The notes under the pieces were generated by a model, which was given only the letters and a program-made list of their open reading frames with translations, did no database searches and was not told where the DNA came from. Source: Candidatus Babeliales bacterium (lineage in GTDB: Bacteria > Babelota > Babeliae > Babelales > JANWKD01). Taken from it: a stretch of DNA of 64,000 bases. The stretch is taken from assembly GCA_963722075.1 (NCBI GenBank), contig CAVRJM010000001.1, positions 512,001-576,000 on the forward strand, written 5' to 3'. This document shows positions 9,640-18,637 of the stretch, piece by piece; position 1 is the first letter of the stretch, and every line of letters starts with the position of its first letter. Position numbers and translations under genes: made by a program.

Positions 9640-12219
9640 TTATATGATTGCTTTTTTCAAGTATTTACCCGTATGACTCTTTTTATTTTTGCTGATTTCC
9701 TGTGGTGTTCCTTGTGCAATTACATACCCACCTTCATCACCACCTTCTGGCCCTAAATCGATAATATAATCAGCAACTTTTAATACATCGAGATTATGTT
9801 CAATAATAATCATCGAATTGCCTTTATCAATTAAGCGATTTAAAACAATAAGAAGTTTCTCAATATCGTTGGTATGCAACCCGGTTGTCGGTTCATCAAG
9901 CACATATAAAGTCTTAGAACCGCGCTTTGCAAGTTCATCAACTAATTTAATACGCTGCGCTTCACCGCCCGATAAGGTAGTTGATGGCTGGCCAAGTTTT
10001 AGATAATCAAGCCCAACATCACATAATAAGCGCAGTTTTTTTACGATATTTTTATGTGCTGCAAAAAATTCAACTGCTTCAAGCGCTGATAATTCCAATA
10101 TATCCGCAATTGTTTTGCCTTTATAGGTAATTGCTAATGTTTCTTTATTGTACCGCTTACCGTGGCATACCTTACAGGTCATTACCACATCGGCTAAAAA
10201 TTGCATCGATACGGTAATGGTACCTTCGCCATTACATTCAGCACAGCGGCCTTCAGGAACGTTAAAACTAAAGCGGCCCACTTTATAGCCACGCGCATTA
10301 CTTTCAGGAAGTTGCGCAAATAAGCCACGAATTTCATCAAAGACACCCAAATAGGTAGCTGGATTTGAACGTGAGGTGCGTCCAATAGGAGACTGATCAA
10401 TAACTACTAATGATTCTATTACGTTCGCACCGCTTATATCTTCTGCCGGTGGCGCTACTAACTTTGATCTGCCTCTGCTTAATAAATCCCGTTGCAATGC
10501 CGGTACCAATTGATCAAGCACTAAGGTGCTTTTGCCAGATCCTGAAACGCCTGAAATACAACAAAAAACGCCGGTTGGAAACGATACGGTTATATTTTTT
10601 AAATTATTTTGGGTGGCGTTATGAAGTGTTATAAATCCTTTTGGCTTGCGCAACATATCCGGAATTGCTATATACTTTTTGCCCGCTAGATATGCACCGG
10701 TTAATGAATGCGCATTTTTAGCTAGCTGTGCTGGCGTACCAGCTGCGGTCACGGTGCCGCCTAAAATACCGGCGCCAGGTCCCATATCAATAAGATAATC
10801 TGATTGGCGCATAGTATCGGTATCATGCTCAACTACTACCACCGTATTACCTTGATCACGCAATTTTTTTAAGGTATCAATGAGACGATCATTATCACGC
10901 TGATGCAAACCAATACTGGGTTCATCTAAAATATAGAGAACGCCACTTAAGGCAGAACCTATTTGTGTGGCAAGCCGTATACGTTGCCCCTCACCGCCTG
11001 ATAAGGTCATTGCTTTACGATCAAGTGATAAATAATCAAGCCCCACATCTTTTAAGAAGGTTAATCTATTAGCTATTTCTTTTAACAACGAGTTAGCAAT
11101 CGTTTTTTCGTACGCTGACAAAGAAAGTTTTTGAAAAAATAGCAATAATTCCTTTACCGACATACGGGCAAGCGTATCAATATTGGCATCACCAATCCAT
11201 ACTGCTAACGCATACTTGTTTAATCGTTTACCATCACACTCAGTACATTTCTTTAGTTTTAAATAATCAGTAAAAAAACTACTATCAGCTATCTGCTGAG
11301 CTTCAAAGGTCACCCGATCCCAATCGTGAAGCGTACCTAAACCATTACACTTTTTACAGGCACCAATAGGAGAATTGAAAGAGAAAAGGCGTGGTTCTAG
11401 TTCAGGAAAGGATGTAGCGCAGGTTAAACAAATCCGATGAGCCGAATACGTATACTCTTTTTTACCTACTATAATTTTACAAAAGCCGTTTGCTTGTTTA
11501 AAAGCATGCTCTATGGCTTCTTGCAGACGCGCTTGCTCTTGGGCCTTCACTTCAATCATATCAAGCAGTAAATCAATAGAATGTTTATACGTTTTGCCCA
11601 ATTGTAATGCTTCTATTTCATGCTGATTACTAAAGCGTATCTTTTGGCCATCAATAATAAATCGATAATAGCCACTAGTATATAATTGTACTAATTGATG
11701 CGTAAATTCCCCCTTTTTTGCCACCGCAATAGGAGCTGCTATAGAGATGGTTTGCCCTTTAAAATTTTCTTGAACCATTGCGCTTATATTTTCAGGGGAT
11801 TGGGCTGCTATAGCCACCTGACAGGTTGGGCATGAAGGTTTACCGATACGCGCAAAAAGCACCCGCAAATAATCATAAATTTCGGTTATGGTTCCCACCG
11901 TAGAGCGGGGATTATGGCCTACTGTTTTTTGTTCTATGGCAATTGAAGGACACAGCCCATCAATACGGTCAAAATCAGGCTTTTTGGTGATTCCTAAAAA
12001 TTGCCGTGCATACGAAGAAAGTGACTCCATATAACGCCGCTTGCCTTCAGCATAAAGAATATCCAAGGCTAAGGAGCTTTTTCCTGACCCTGAAGGGCCC
12101 GTTATTACTGTTATGGTATCCTTAGGGATTGCCACGGTAATATCTTTAAGATTATGTTCCCGGGCACCGGTAATGGTGATCCATCCGGCCCCTTTTTTAT
12201 TATTTTTTATGATATTCAT
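9640..12219 (-). CDS. uvrA: Excinuclease ABC subunit UvrA (compact, 859 aa)
   Basis: GAREHNLK, two Walker A motifs (GPSGSGKS, GVSGSGKS), LSGGE signatures, zinc-binding CxxC pairs. Confidence 0.98.
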   Translation of the reverse strand: MNIIKNNKKGAGWITITGAREHNLKDITVAIPKDTITVITGPSGSGKSSLALDILYAEGKRRYMESLSSYARQFLGITKKPDFDRIDGLCPSIAIEQKTVGHNPRSTVGTITEIYDYLRVLFARIGKPSCPTCQVAIAAQSPENISAMVQENFKGQTISIAAPIAVAKKGEFTHQLVQLYTSGYYRFIIDGQKIRFSNQHEIEALQLGKTYKHSIDLLLDMIEVKAQEQARLQEAIEHAFKQANGFCKIIVGKKEYTYSAHRICLTCATSFPELEPRLFSFNSPIGACKKCNGLGTLHDWDRVTFEAQQIADSSFFTDYLKLKKCTECDGKRLNKYALAVWIGDANIDTLARMSVKELLLFFQKLSLSAYEKTIANSLLKEIANRLTFLKDVGLDYLSLDRKAMTLSGGEGQRIRLATQIGSALSGVLYILDEPSIGLHQRDNDRLIDTLKKLRDQGNTVVVVEHDTDTMRQSDYLIDMGPGAGILGGTVTAAGTPAQLAKNAHSLTGAYLAGKKYIAIPDMLRKPKGFITLHNATQNNLKNITVSFPTGVFCCISGVSGSGKSTLVLDQLVPALQRDLLSRGRSKLVAPPAEDISGANVIESLVVIDQSPIGRTSRSNPATYLGVFDEIRGLFAQLPESNARGYKVGRFSFNVPEGRCAECNGEGTITVSMQFLADVVMTCKVCHGKRYNKETLAITYKGKTIADILELSALEAVEFFAAHKNIVKKLRLLCDVGLDYLKLGQPSTTLSGGEAQRIKLVDELAKRGSKTLYVLDEPTTGLHTNDIEKLLIVLNRLIDKGNSMIIIEHNLDVLKVADYIIDLGPEGGDEGGYVIAQGTPQEISKNKKSHTGKYLKKAII

Positions 12220-12394
12220 ACGCTTCCATTTAAATTATTAACTTTTTTGATAGGGGGCTCGAGGCCCCGCTTAATTATTATACTCTATTTGTAATATTTT
12301 GCAAGGTAGGACCATTTGCTATAATTTCCTAAACTATTGACCCTTACTACTAACAAGAGTACCATAAAATAAGAAAAAAATTAGAAAGGGAGCT

Positions 12395-13021
12395 ATGGCG
12401 TTCAAAAAATTGTTAACCATACTATTAATAGGCCTTATTCAACGAGCTGAAGCGCACAAAAAAATTTATGATTTTACCTTAAAAGAAGCGGTCACTATAG
12501 CATGGAAAGCAAAAGATGCCTCATACCATTCCCATGAAGCTCATAATAGAAGAAAATATCTGATACAAGCAAAAAAAGCTGAGCCCCTCACTGAGTTAAG
12601 AGAATTAGCCCAAAATAAACTGGACCAATTAACATTCTTCAAAAATGCCTTGGCTAATAAAAAGCCCTATACTCGATTTTTGAACCACAAAACGAATCGT
12701 GGTTGCTTACATACCATCCCTTCGATTGGCTTCTTGGCAACAGGGCTATGGCTTATCAATTATGGTTATACTAATACCGAACCATTTAGCTTTAAAAATG
12801 TTGGTATCAAAACCGGTGCTACTATTGGTGGTATACTAGTAGCTATTTATAGCAGTAAGCATATTTACAAAGGGTTAGTAAATTTATATAAAGGTTTATT
12901 TTACTCATCTTATTTACATGCCCGCACCGATCAAATACAACAATTCTTAACAATTTCCAATCCAGAGAAAATGGATAGTTCTGATGACGATGATAATGAA
13001 CAATCAGACAAAAAAATTTAA
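12395..13021 (+). CDS. Hypothetical exported membrane protein
   Basis: RBS AGGGAG, signal peptide, two hydrophobic segments, acidic tail (SSDDDDNE). Confidence 0.75.
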   Translation: MAFKKLLTILLIGLIQRAEAHKKIYDFTLKEAVTIAWKAKDASYHSHEAHNRRKYLIQAKKAEPLTELRELAQNKLDQLTFFKNALANKKPYTRFLNHKTNRGCLHTIPSIGFLATGLWLINYGYTNTEPFSFKNVGIKTGATIGGILVAIYSSKHIYKGLVNLYKGLFYSSYLHARTDQIQQFLTISNPEKMDSSDDDDNEQSDKKI

Positions 13022-13069
13022 AGTTTATTGATTTTATCAGTAATTTACGGTACGTTAGTCAGCATTAGT

Positions 13070-13146
13070 GGTGAGTGTAGCTCAGTTGGTAGAGCATCAG
13101 GTTGTGGCTCTGAGGGTCGTGGGTTCGATCCCCACCACTCACCCCA
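13070..13146 (+). tRNA. tRNA-His (GTG)
   Basis: G-1 plus GTGAGTG/CACTCAC acceptor stem, anticodon loop TTGTGGC, GTTCGA T-loop, encoded CCA. Confidence 0.97.
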
Positions 13147-13290
13147 GTCTTCGCTCCTACGGAGCTTCGCCTGGCACCGCCAATCTAAATGAAATTGACA
13201 TTATTAGCACAACGAAAAGCGAAGACTGCTTGCCCGCCATAGCTTTCTTCACTTCGTTAGTGAAAGCTTACGGAAAGCGACGGCTGGGCG
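13147..13290. repeat. GC-rich palindromic cluster downstream of tRNA-His
   Basis: GTCTTCGCT...AGCGAAGAC inverted pair and other short hairpins. Shares AGCGAAGACTG with the cluster after tRNA-Phe. Confidence 0.6.
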
Positions 13291-13344
13291 CCGCTATCGG
13301 TTTGAAATGATGTGCAAGATTGAAATTCAATAATGGAGTAATTT

Positions 13345-13575
13345 ATGTGGTATAATATTTTTTGTTTACATTTTGACGAACTTTTTTTTGGCATATTGCT
13401 CATAGCTTTTGGTATAGCAACTATTTTAAAAGCTATTTTTAAATTTAATATACCGCTATGGCCACTTTTTTGCGGTATTACCCTGATATATCTTGGTATG
13501 CATATCGTTCTTGAAAATACGCGCTTCAACATATGCAAAAAAGAAAAAACATATAATGATGATAAAAAATTTTAG
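13345..13575 (+). CDS. Small two-helix membrane protein
   Basis: RBS GGAG; 76 aa with two hydrophobic helices. Confidence 0.7.
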   Translation: MWYNIFCLHFDELFFGILLIAFGIATILKAIFKFNIPLWPLFCGITLIYLGMHIVLENTRFNICKKEKTYNDDKKF

Positions 13576-13629
13576 TTGCGAAATGACAAAAAAAGGTATA
13601 AAGTAGGGTTTACTTTTAGAGATTAAGAT

Positions 13630-13705
13630 CGGGGCGTGGCGCAATTGGTAGCGCACTCGCTTTGGGAGCGAGGGGTTGCCAGTTCGAGTCTGGCCGCCCC
13701 GACCA
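13630..13705 (+). tRNA. tRNA-Pro (TGG)
   Basis: CGGGGCG/CGCCCCG acceptor stem, CTCGC-TTTGGGA-GCGAG anticodon arm, encoded CCA. Confidence 0.97.
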
Positions 13706-13740
13706 GTTTTTTCCTACACCCAATTTCTAGGAAAAGCATA

Positions 13741-14490
13741 ATGAATTCCATTAATACAAAGCTTCTACTCTCATTAATAATTTCACTGTATTTCTCCCCT
13801 TTAATTTCAGTTCATTTTGTTAACGATTATATTAAAAACCCATTTGCAGCTCTTAATTCTTCCTATTTATCACAAAATACGCTTACTGCTTCTAAATCAT
13901 ATGCTATAGGTGCTACAGCACTAGTTGGAGTACTTGGTGCCGTATATGCGCTACATCGAACAATAACATATCTGAACGATTGTTGTTTCAATAAGAAATC
14001 AGATCAATATATTATTAAATATGCTCATGCTATACATTATAAATTTTCGCGCCAATTTAGCGTTTTATTAAATCATATTGATGCATATGATCTTACCAAT
14101 CCTCATACAACGCAACAAAAGATCATATTTAAAAATGCGCTGTTGCAGCGATCTACTGCTCTTTTTCCTTTCTTAGAGGCTGTAAACGAAATTAAAACAG
14201 CCCTTATTGTTATTACTCAAACAATTTCTATATTAGAACGAAGAATCACTAGCGTAAAAAGCACCGTTACTGATGCAACTCTTAAGAATGGTACTCATGC
14301 TGATTGTATCGTTATTTTGACCGCCCTCAAAACGTCATTACAAAAATTAAATACTAAATTAGAACGTTTAAAAAATGAAATAACCAGTTGTTATGAATAT
14401 AAAATGGAATTAAGAGAAAATAATACCCGCAATCAACTTTTTCTCAATGCCATTTTGGCATCTGCTGCAATAGGGGCATTAGTATGGTAG
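13741..14490 (+). CDS. Hypothetical exported helical protein (related to 16856 and 17533)
   Basis: Start moved to ATG 13741 because the ORF-track start lies inside tRNA-Pro. Shares PF...LERRI...KNE(I/V)xxxYEY with two downstream ORFs. Confidence 0.75.
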   Translation: MNSINTKLLLSLIISLYFSPLISVHFVNDYIKNPFAALNSSYLSQNTLTASKSYAIGATALVGVLGAVYALHRTITYLNDCCFNKKSDQYIIKYAHAIHYKFSRQFSVLLNHIDAYDLTNPHTTQQKIIFKNALLQRSTALFPFLEAVNEIKTALIVITQTISILERRITSVKSTVTDATLKNGTHADCIVILTALKTSLQKLNTKLERLKNEITSCYEYKMELRENNTRNQLFLNAILASAAIGALVW

Positions 14491-14726
14491 CAACAACCAC
14501 TAAATGGTTATTCCTTCTGATATTTTTACTATGCGGTTCATATATACAATCAATGAATATCTTGAAGCCTTATGATAATTCTACTGACACAAAAATTGAT
14601 CTCATATGTCCCCTGTTTATGGTAACAGTAGTAAGTGCCTACCAAGAAGCAAAAAAGAAAATGGTGGAATTATTTTTTACTGAACAGTTAGCAAACATGC
14701 CCATTAACCATGACAAAACCGATTAA
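14484..14726 (+). CDS. Small hypothetical exported protein
   Basis: 80 aa ORF overlapping the upstream stop; signal peptide followed by MN. Confidence 0.5.
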   Translation: MVATTTKWLFLLIFLLCGSYIQSMNILKPYDNSTDTKIDLICPLFMVTVVSAYQEAKKKMVELFFTEQLANMPINHDKTD

Positions 14727-14749
14727 CTTTTTTACCCAAGACAAATACC

Positions 14750-15643
14750 ATGAATTATAGATATTTTATAGTACTCTGCACATTTTTTCTAAATAGTTAT
14801 GCACTTGTTCAGCAAGAACCGGAACTAGTTAACGAAGTAAAATACATAGTAATACATAATGCTAATACTATAATAGAAGGGCATTTCTTAACACCAATAG
14901 AAATGCAGATTCTATGTAATATATTTTTCTATTCTTATCAACTCACTCAAAAAATGTTTTTATTACAGCATTATAAATATAGATTTGCAGAATTAATTAT
15001 GCATTATATGGGTCCACAGGATACTAATCCCCATGCACAGCAGCCCGCTCATAATAAAGCATTAAAGTTATTACAAAAGATACAACGCACTGAACTAGAA
15101 TATAAAAAATTAAATCAAATATGGGTTATCATTGAAGCATATTTAAATGCACCTGAGCAGAAAAAAATAGCTGATTTTATTGCACAACGAGCTATTGAAC
15201 GATTAACATTCACTGAGCATTATTTGCAACAACAAAGCGAATATTTTAACACCGCATTGCATGACCAAAAAGAAAATATACTTGCTAGTGCTTCTCATAT
15301 CGCAACTACCGGTAATTGCCTCCAGGCAATTATAGATGGCGTTTTACCCTTCAATCAACCGGATTGCAGCTTTCCAACCTTAAATAAATACGATTTGGCA
15401 CAACGTCTTGTTTTAATGCTTACTTCTGAAATTAAAACACAGCTCAACGCTATTATTGATGTCCACCGTTCTTATCAAATGACATTATATATTAGTATTT
15501 TGTTCGATCAAATTTATTATGAAGCGTTCTTTGCTTACTTAACCCAACAGATCCCAGATTTTTCAATGTTCAACATGTTTAATGAAGAAGGAATAATTCC
15601 CACCCAAGCACGAGTAGAATTATTGCCCCATGTTATTGATTGA
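14750..15643 (+). CDS. Hypothetical exported protein
   Basis: 297 aa, signal peptide, overlaps the rodA start. Confidence 0.75.
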   Translation: MNYRYFIVLCTFFLNSYALVQQEPELVNEVKYIVIHNANTIIEGHFLTPIEMQILCNIFFYSYQLTQKMFLLQHYKYRFAELIMHYMGPQDTNPHAQQPAHNKALKLLQKIQRTELEYKKLNQIWVIIEAYLNAPEQKKIADFIAQRAIERLTFTEHYLQQQSEYFNTALHDQKENILASASHIATTGNCLQAIIDGVLPFNQPDCSFPTLNKYDLAQRLVLMLTSEIKTQLNAIIDVHRSYQMTLYISILFDQIYYEAFFAYLTQQIPDFSMFNMFNEEGIIPTQARVELLPHVID

Positions 15644-16742
15644 TCGCCGCTATTTACGATATTTTGATTGGCTTAGTTTTTTTATCACCACTTTTTTGTG
15701 CGCCATAGGATTGATTTTTGTTTTTAGCGCTACCTATAAAATAGATACGCCCTATTCACTTTTCTTTAAAAAGCAACTTTTTGGCATTGTAAGCGGCTTT
15801 ATTATTTATTTTCTTTTTTGTTTCAGTGATTATCGTACCCTGTATCGCTGGGGTTATTTTTTATATTTTTTTATTATCGGCTTATTAACATTTACCCTTA
15901 TCAAAGGAAGCATCGGTATGGGAGCTCAGCGATGGATCAATTTATTCTTCTTTAAATTTCAGCCATCAGAACTTGCAAAATTATTTTTACCAGCATTCAT
16001 TACCTACCATTGCTTTACAGAACAAAGCTTTCCAAGGCTCACCTTGCATCAATTCTGGCCTATGATTCTTATGATTATTATTAGCTTTATTTTAATTAAA
16101 AAACAGCCCGATTTAGGTACCGCTCTTATTATTCTTTTTTCTGGGTTACTGCTATTATGGTTTGCCGGTATACCAAAAAAATTTTTCTGGTGCAGCTTCT
16201 TAATAATATTAATAACCGCACCCCTCAGTTGGCATTTTTTAAAACCGTACCAAAAAAAAAGAATAGCGGTATTTTTAGGATATGGTGATGAATATAAGGA
16301 ACGCTATCAAATCGAGCAATCTAAAATAGCCATTGGCTCAGGAGGAGTGCTGGGTAAAGGTTTTTTACGCGGTACCCAAAATAAGCTGCAATTTTTACCA
16401 GAAAGTCGCACTGATTTTATTTTTTCAGTGATTGCTGAAGAATACGGCTTTACTGGCGTATTACTCCTCATTCTTCTTTTTTCAATTCTTTTTAGTCGTC
16501 TTTTTTATATTATTACCACCATAAAAAATTGTTATGCACAATTGCTTGCTGTTGGTCTTATTATTCATTTGTTACTTTCGACCCTTATTAACATCGGCAT
16601 GGTTATCGGATTGCTACCAATTGTTGGAATTCCTTTACCACTTATCAGTTATGGTATTACGCATTTATGGATTGCGCTTGCTAGCTTAGGTTGGTTTAAT
16701 GGAATTGCCATGCGCCGATTCTATATAACGGCCATTGCATAA
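15630..16742 (+). CDS. rodA: Rod shape-determining SEDS glycosyltransferase RodA
   Basis: GAQRWI, FQPSELAK, QPDLGTA, QSKIAIGSGG, LPESRTDFIF, GIPLPLISYG. Confidence 0.93.
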   Translation: MLLIDRRYLRYFDWLSFFITTFLCAIGLIFVFSATYKIDTPYSLFFKKQLFGIVSGFIIYFLFCFSDYRTLYRWGYFLYFFIIGLLTFTLIKGSIGMGAQRWINLFFFKFQPSELAKLFLPAFITYHCFTEQSFPRLTLHQFWPMILMIIISFILIKKQPDLGTALIILFSGLLLLWFAGIPKKFFWCSFLIILITAPLSWHFLKPYQKKRIAVFLGYGDEYKERYQIEQSKIAIGSGGVLGKGFLRGTQNKLQFLPESRTDFIFSVIAEEYGFTGVLLLILLFSILFSRLFYIITTIKNCYAQLLAVGLIIHLLLSTLINIGMVIGLLPIVGIPLPLISYGITHLWIALASLGWFNGIAMRRFYITAIA

Positions 16743-16855
16743 TTTTCTTTTTGTATTATATAGAAATGTATAAATTTTAAATAGTTACTTAATGTTGACT
16801 AAAAATTACCATCCATTATAATAATATCATTATTAATATATCTCTTAGGGACATT

Positions 16856-17506
16856 ATGTATAAACAATTATTTGCCATTCTTATTTCATTATCTTTGTGC
16901 TTTTCTTCAGATGCAAAATTTACCCTATTTAGGGAACAACCAAAAGTTGAGATTGAAAAAATCATAAAGCAGGATTATAACCCGTTGGTATTCCTTGGAA
17001 TCGAGTTCGGGTGTGTAGCAATAGCTGTTACCGGGTATTATGCATATAAATGCTACAAACAATATCAGCTTGATTGTAAACCGGCACGCGACCTCGTTCA
17101 AGAATCAAGAGATACTTTAAAGCGAATTAGACAAATCCATAATGCATTTTTAGAACAACCTAATAGCTCCTTAGGCATAGATATTCAACACAAAATGATT
17201 TCATCTGATAATTTTAAAAAGATCGTTATTGAAGAATATAACGGCTATTCTTATCCTTTTGTCAATTGCAAAAAATCTTTAGAAAAATCAATCAACGAAT
17301 GCCAAACCATTTTAGAACAATTAGAAAGAAGAATTATAAGAATTAAAGATTGCATAAGTGATCATGATGAATATATCCCTAAACTGGAAGCTTTAGAACT
17401 AAAATACGATAGATTGGTTAATATTTTAACAATCATAAAAAATGAAGTGGAACATAGTTATGAATATCAAATTGAACAAAATATTTTAAATATTCCACGT
17501 CGATAA
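16856..17506 (+). CDS. Hypothetical exported protein, tandem paralog 1
   Basis: Clear similarity to 17533-18231 (KPAR.L..ESRD.LKRI.QIHNA, SINEC.TILE.LERRI). Confidence 0.8.
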   Translation: MYKQLFAILISLSLCFSSDAKFTLFREQPKVEIEKIIKQDYNPLVFLGIEFGCVAIAVTGYYAYKCYKQYQLDCKPARDLVQESRDTLKRIRQIHNAFLEQPNSSLGIDIQHKMISSDNFKKIVIEEYNGYSYPFVNCKKSLEKSINECQTILEQLERRIIRIKDCISDHDEYIPKLEALELKYDRLVNILTIIKNEVEHSYEYQIEQNILNIPRR

Positions 17507-17532
17507 AAAATATAAAACTATATAGGGACATT

Positions 17533-18231
17533 ATGTATAAACAAATATTTACTCTTATTATTTCACTTTCTTTAATATCCTCTTCCAGCGCAGAATTTAC
17601 TTTATTTAAAAAAACCCAGGTATATGATAAGCCATCTCCTCTTGATAATTGTTGCTTAAAGCCGTTAGCTTTCACCATTGCCGGTGTTGCAACCATCGGC
17701 CTAGTAAGCGCGGGTTATCAGTTTATTAAATGTTATTATTTAGATAAAAAGCCGGCACGGGAACTTATTAATGAATCGCGCGATGCATTAAAGCGTATTA
17801 AACAAATACATAATGCTTTATTATGCCAACCGGTGATTTCACAACTTCCTGAAGGTCAAGAAAGAATGGTTGCGGAGTTCAATTTCAAGAAAACAATTAC
17901 AAATACTTATGAGGAGCGGCATCCATTCATTACATGCAAGAACGACTTAAGAGATTCGATCAATGAATGCATAACGATTTTAGAAAAATTAGAACGTCGC
18001 ATTGATAGAATAAAGGATGGCAAAAATGATCATAAGGGATATTTACCTAAATTAGAAAGATTAAAAGTAGAATGTTATTCATTAATAGATTCCTTAACTG
18101 CAATAAAGAATGAAGTAGTTAATTGTTATGAATATACCAATGAATGTAATATGTCCCGTACATCCGGTGTAGCGACACAAGCACTCATTTATTCACATGT
18201 TATTCCAATACTACTTACATGTCCTATATAA
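17533..18231 (+). CDS. Hypothetical exported protein, tandem paralog 2
   Basis: Same family as 16856; same GGGACATTATGTATAAACAA start context. Confidence 0.8.
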   Translation: MYKQIFTLIISLSLISSSSAEFTLFKKTQVYDKPSPLDNCCLKPLAFTIAGVATIGLVSAGYQFIKCYYLDKKPARELINESRDALKRIKQIHNALLCQPVISQLPEGQERMVAEFNFKKTITNTYEERHPFITCKNDLRDSINECITILEKLERRIDRIKDGKNDHKGYLPKLERLKVECYSLIDSLTAIKNEVVNCYEYTNECNMSRTSGVATQALIYSHVIPILLTCPI

Positions 18232-18242
18232 GGTAAACCATT

Positions 18243-18539
18243 ATGACTTTTATAGTACCGATCATTACTTTTTTATTTCTTAATTTTTTTTCCTGTGAAG
18301 CCCGAGAAAGGCCTATTTTCCCCGTAAAACGGTCAAATACTTCGCACTATAGCAAGCCATCAGTACAAACCAAGCCAGTAGCAGTTTCTCAAAAATCTTC
18401 TATTGGCACCAAATTCAAAAAAGCGTTTAAGGTAATTGGAATTGCTATTGGGACAATGGCCGGCGTCCTTTTTGTAGCTGGAATTGGTTTTTGCGCTTAT
18501 GTAACAGGTATGACAATAAGAATGATGGGATACAGATAA
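18243..18539 (+). CDS. Small exported protein with C-terminal transmembrane helix
   Basis: 98 aa; signal peptide, basic middle, hydrophobic tail. Confidence 0.65.
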   Translation: MTFIVPIITFLFLNFFSCEARERPIFPVKRSNTSHYSKPSVQTKPVAVSQKSSIGTKFKKAFKVIGIAIGTMAGVLFVAGIGFCAYVTGMTIRMMGYR

Positions 18540-18637
18540 TATTCTAAAAAACTTGTTCTAAAGAATGTCCCTCCTTGTCGTTTACCTAAAATTTTGGTAT
18601 ACAGTAAGTAATTTTTGACATTACTTACTGTATATTT

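Noticed and set aside
12254..12268. GGGGC-TCGAG-GCCCC hairpin upstream of uvrA as an SOS box or riboswitch
   Set aside because: A single short hairpin with no match to a LexA motif I recognise and no second copy near ruvB or mutS.
13068..13310. 80-aa ORF, and the 13636 start of the next long ORF
   Set aside because: They overlap tRNA-His and tRNA-Pro respectively.
13070..13705. tRNA genes as integration sites of a genomic island
   Set aside because: No integrase and no duplicated tRNA 3' end found in the window.
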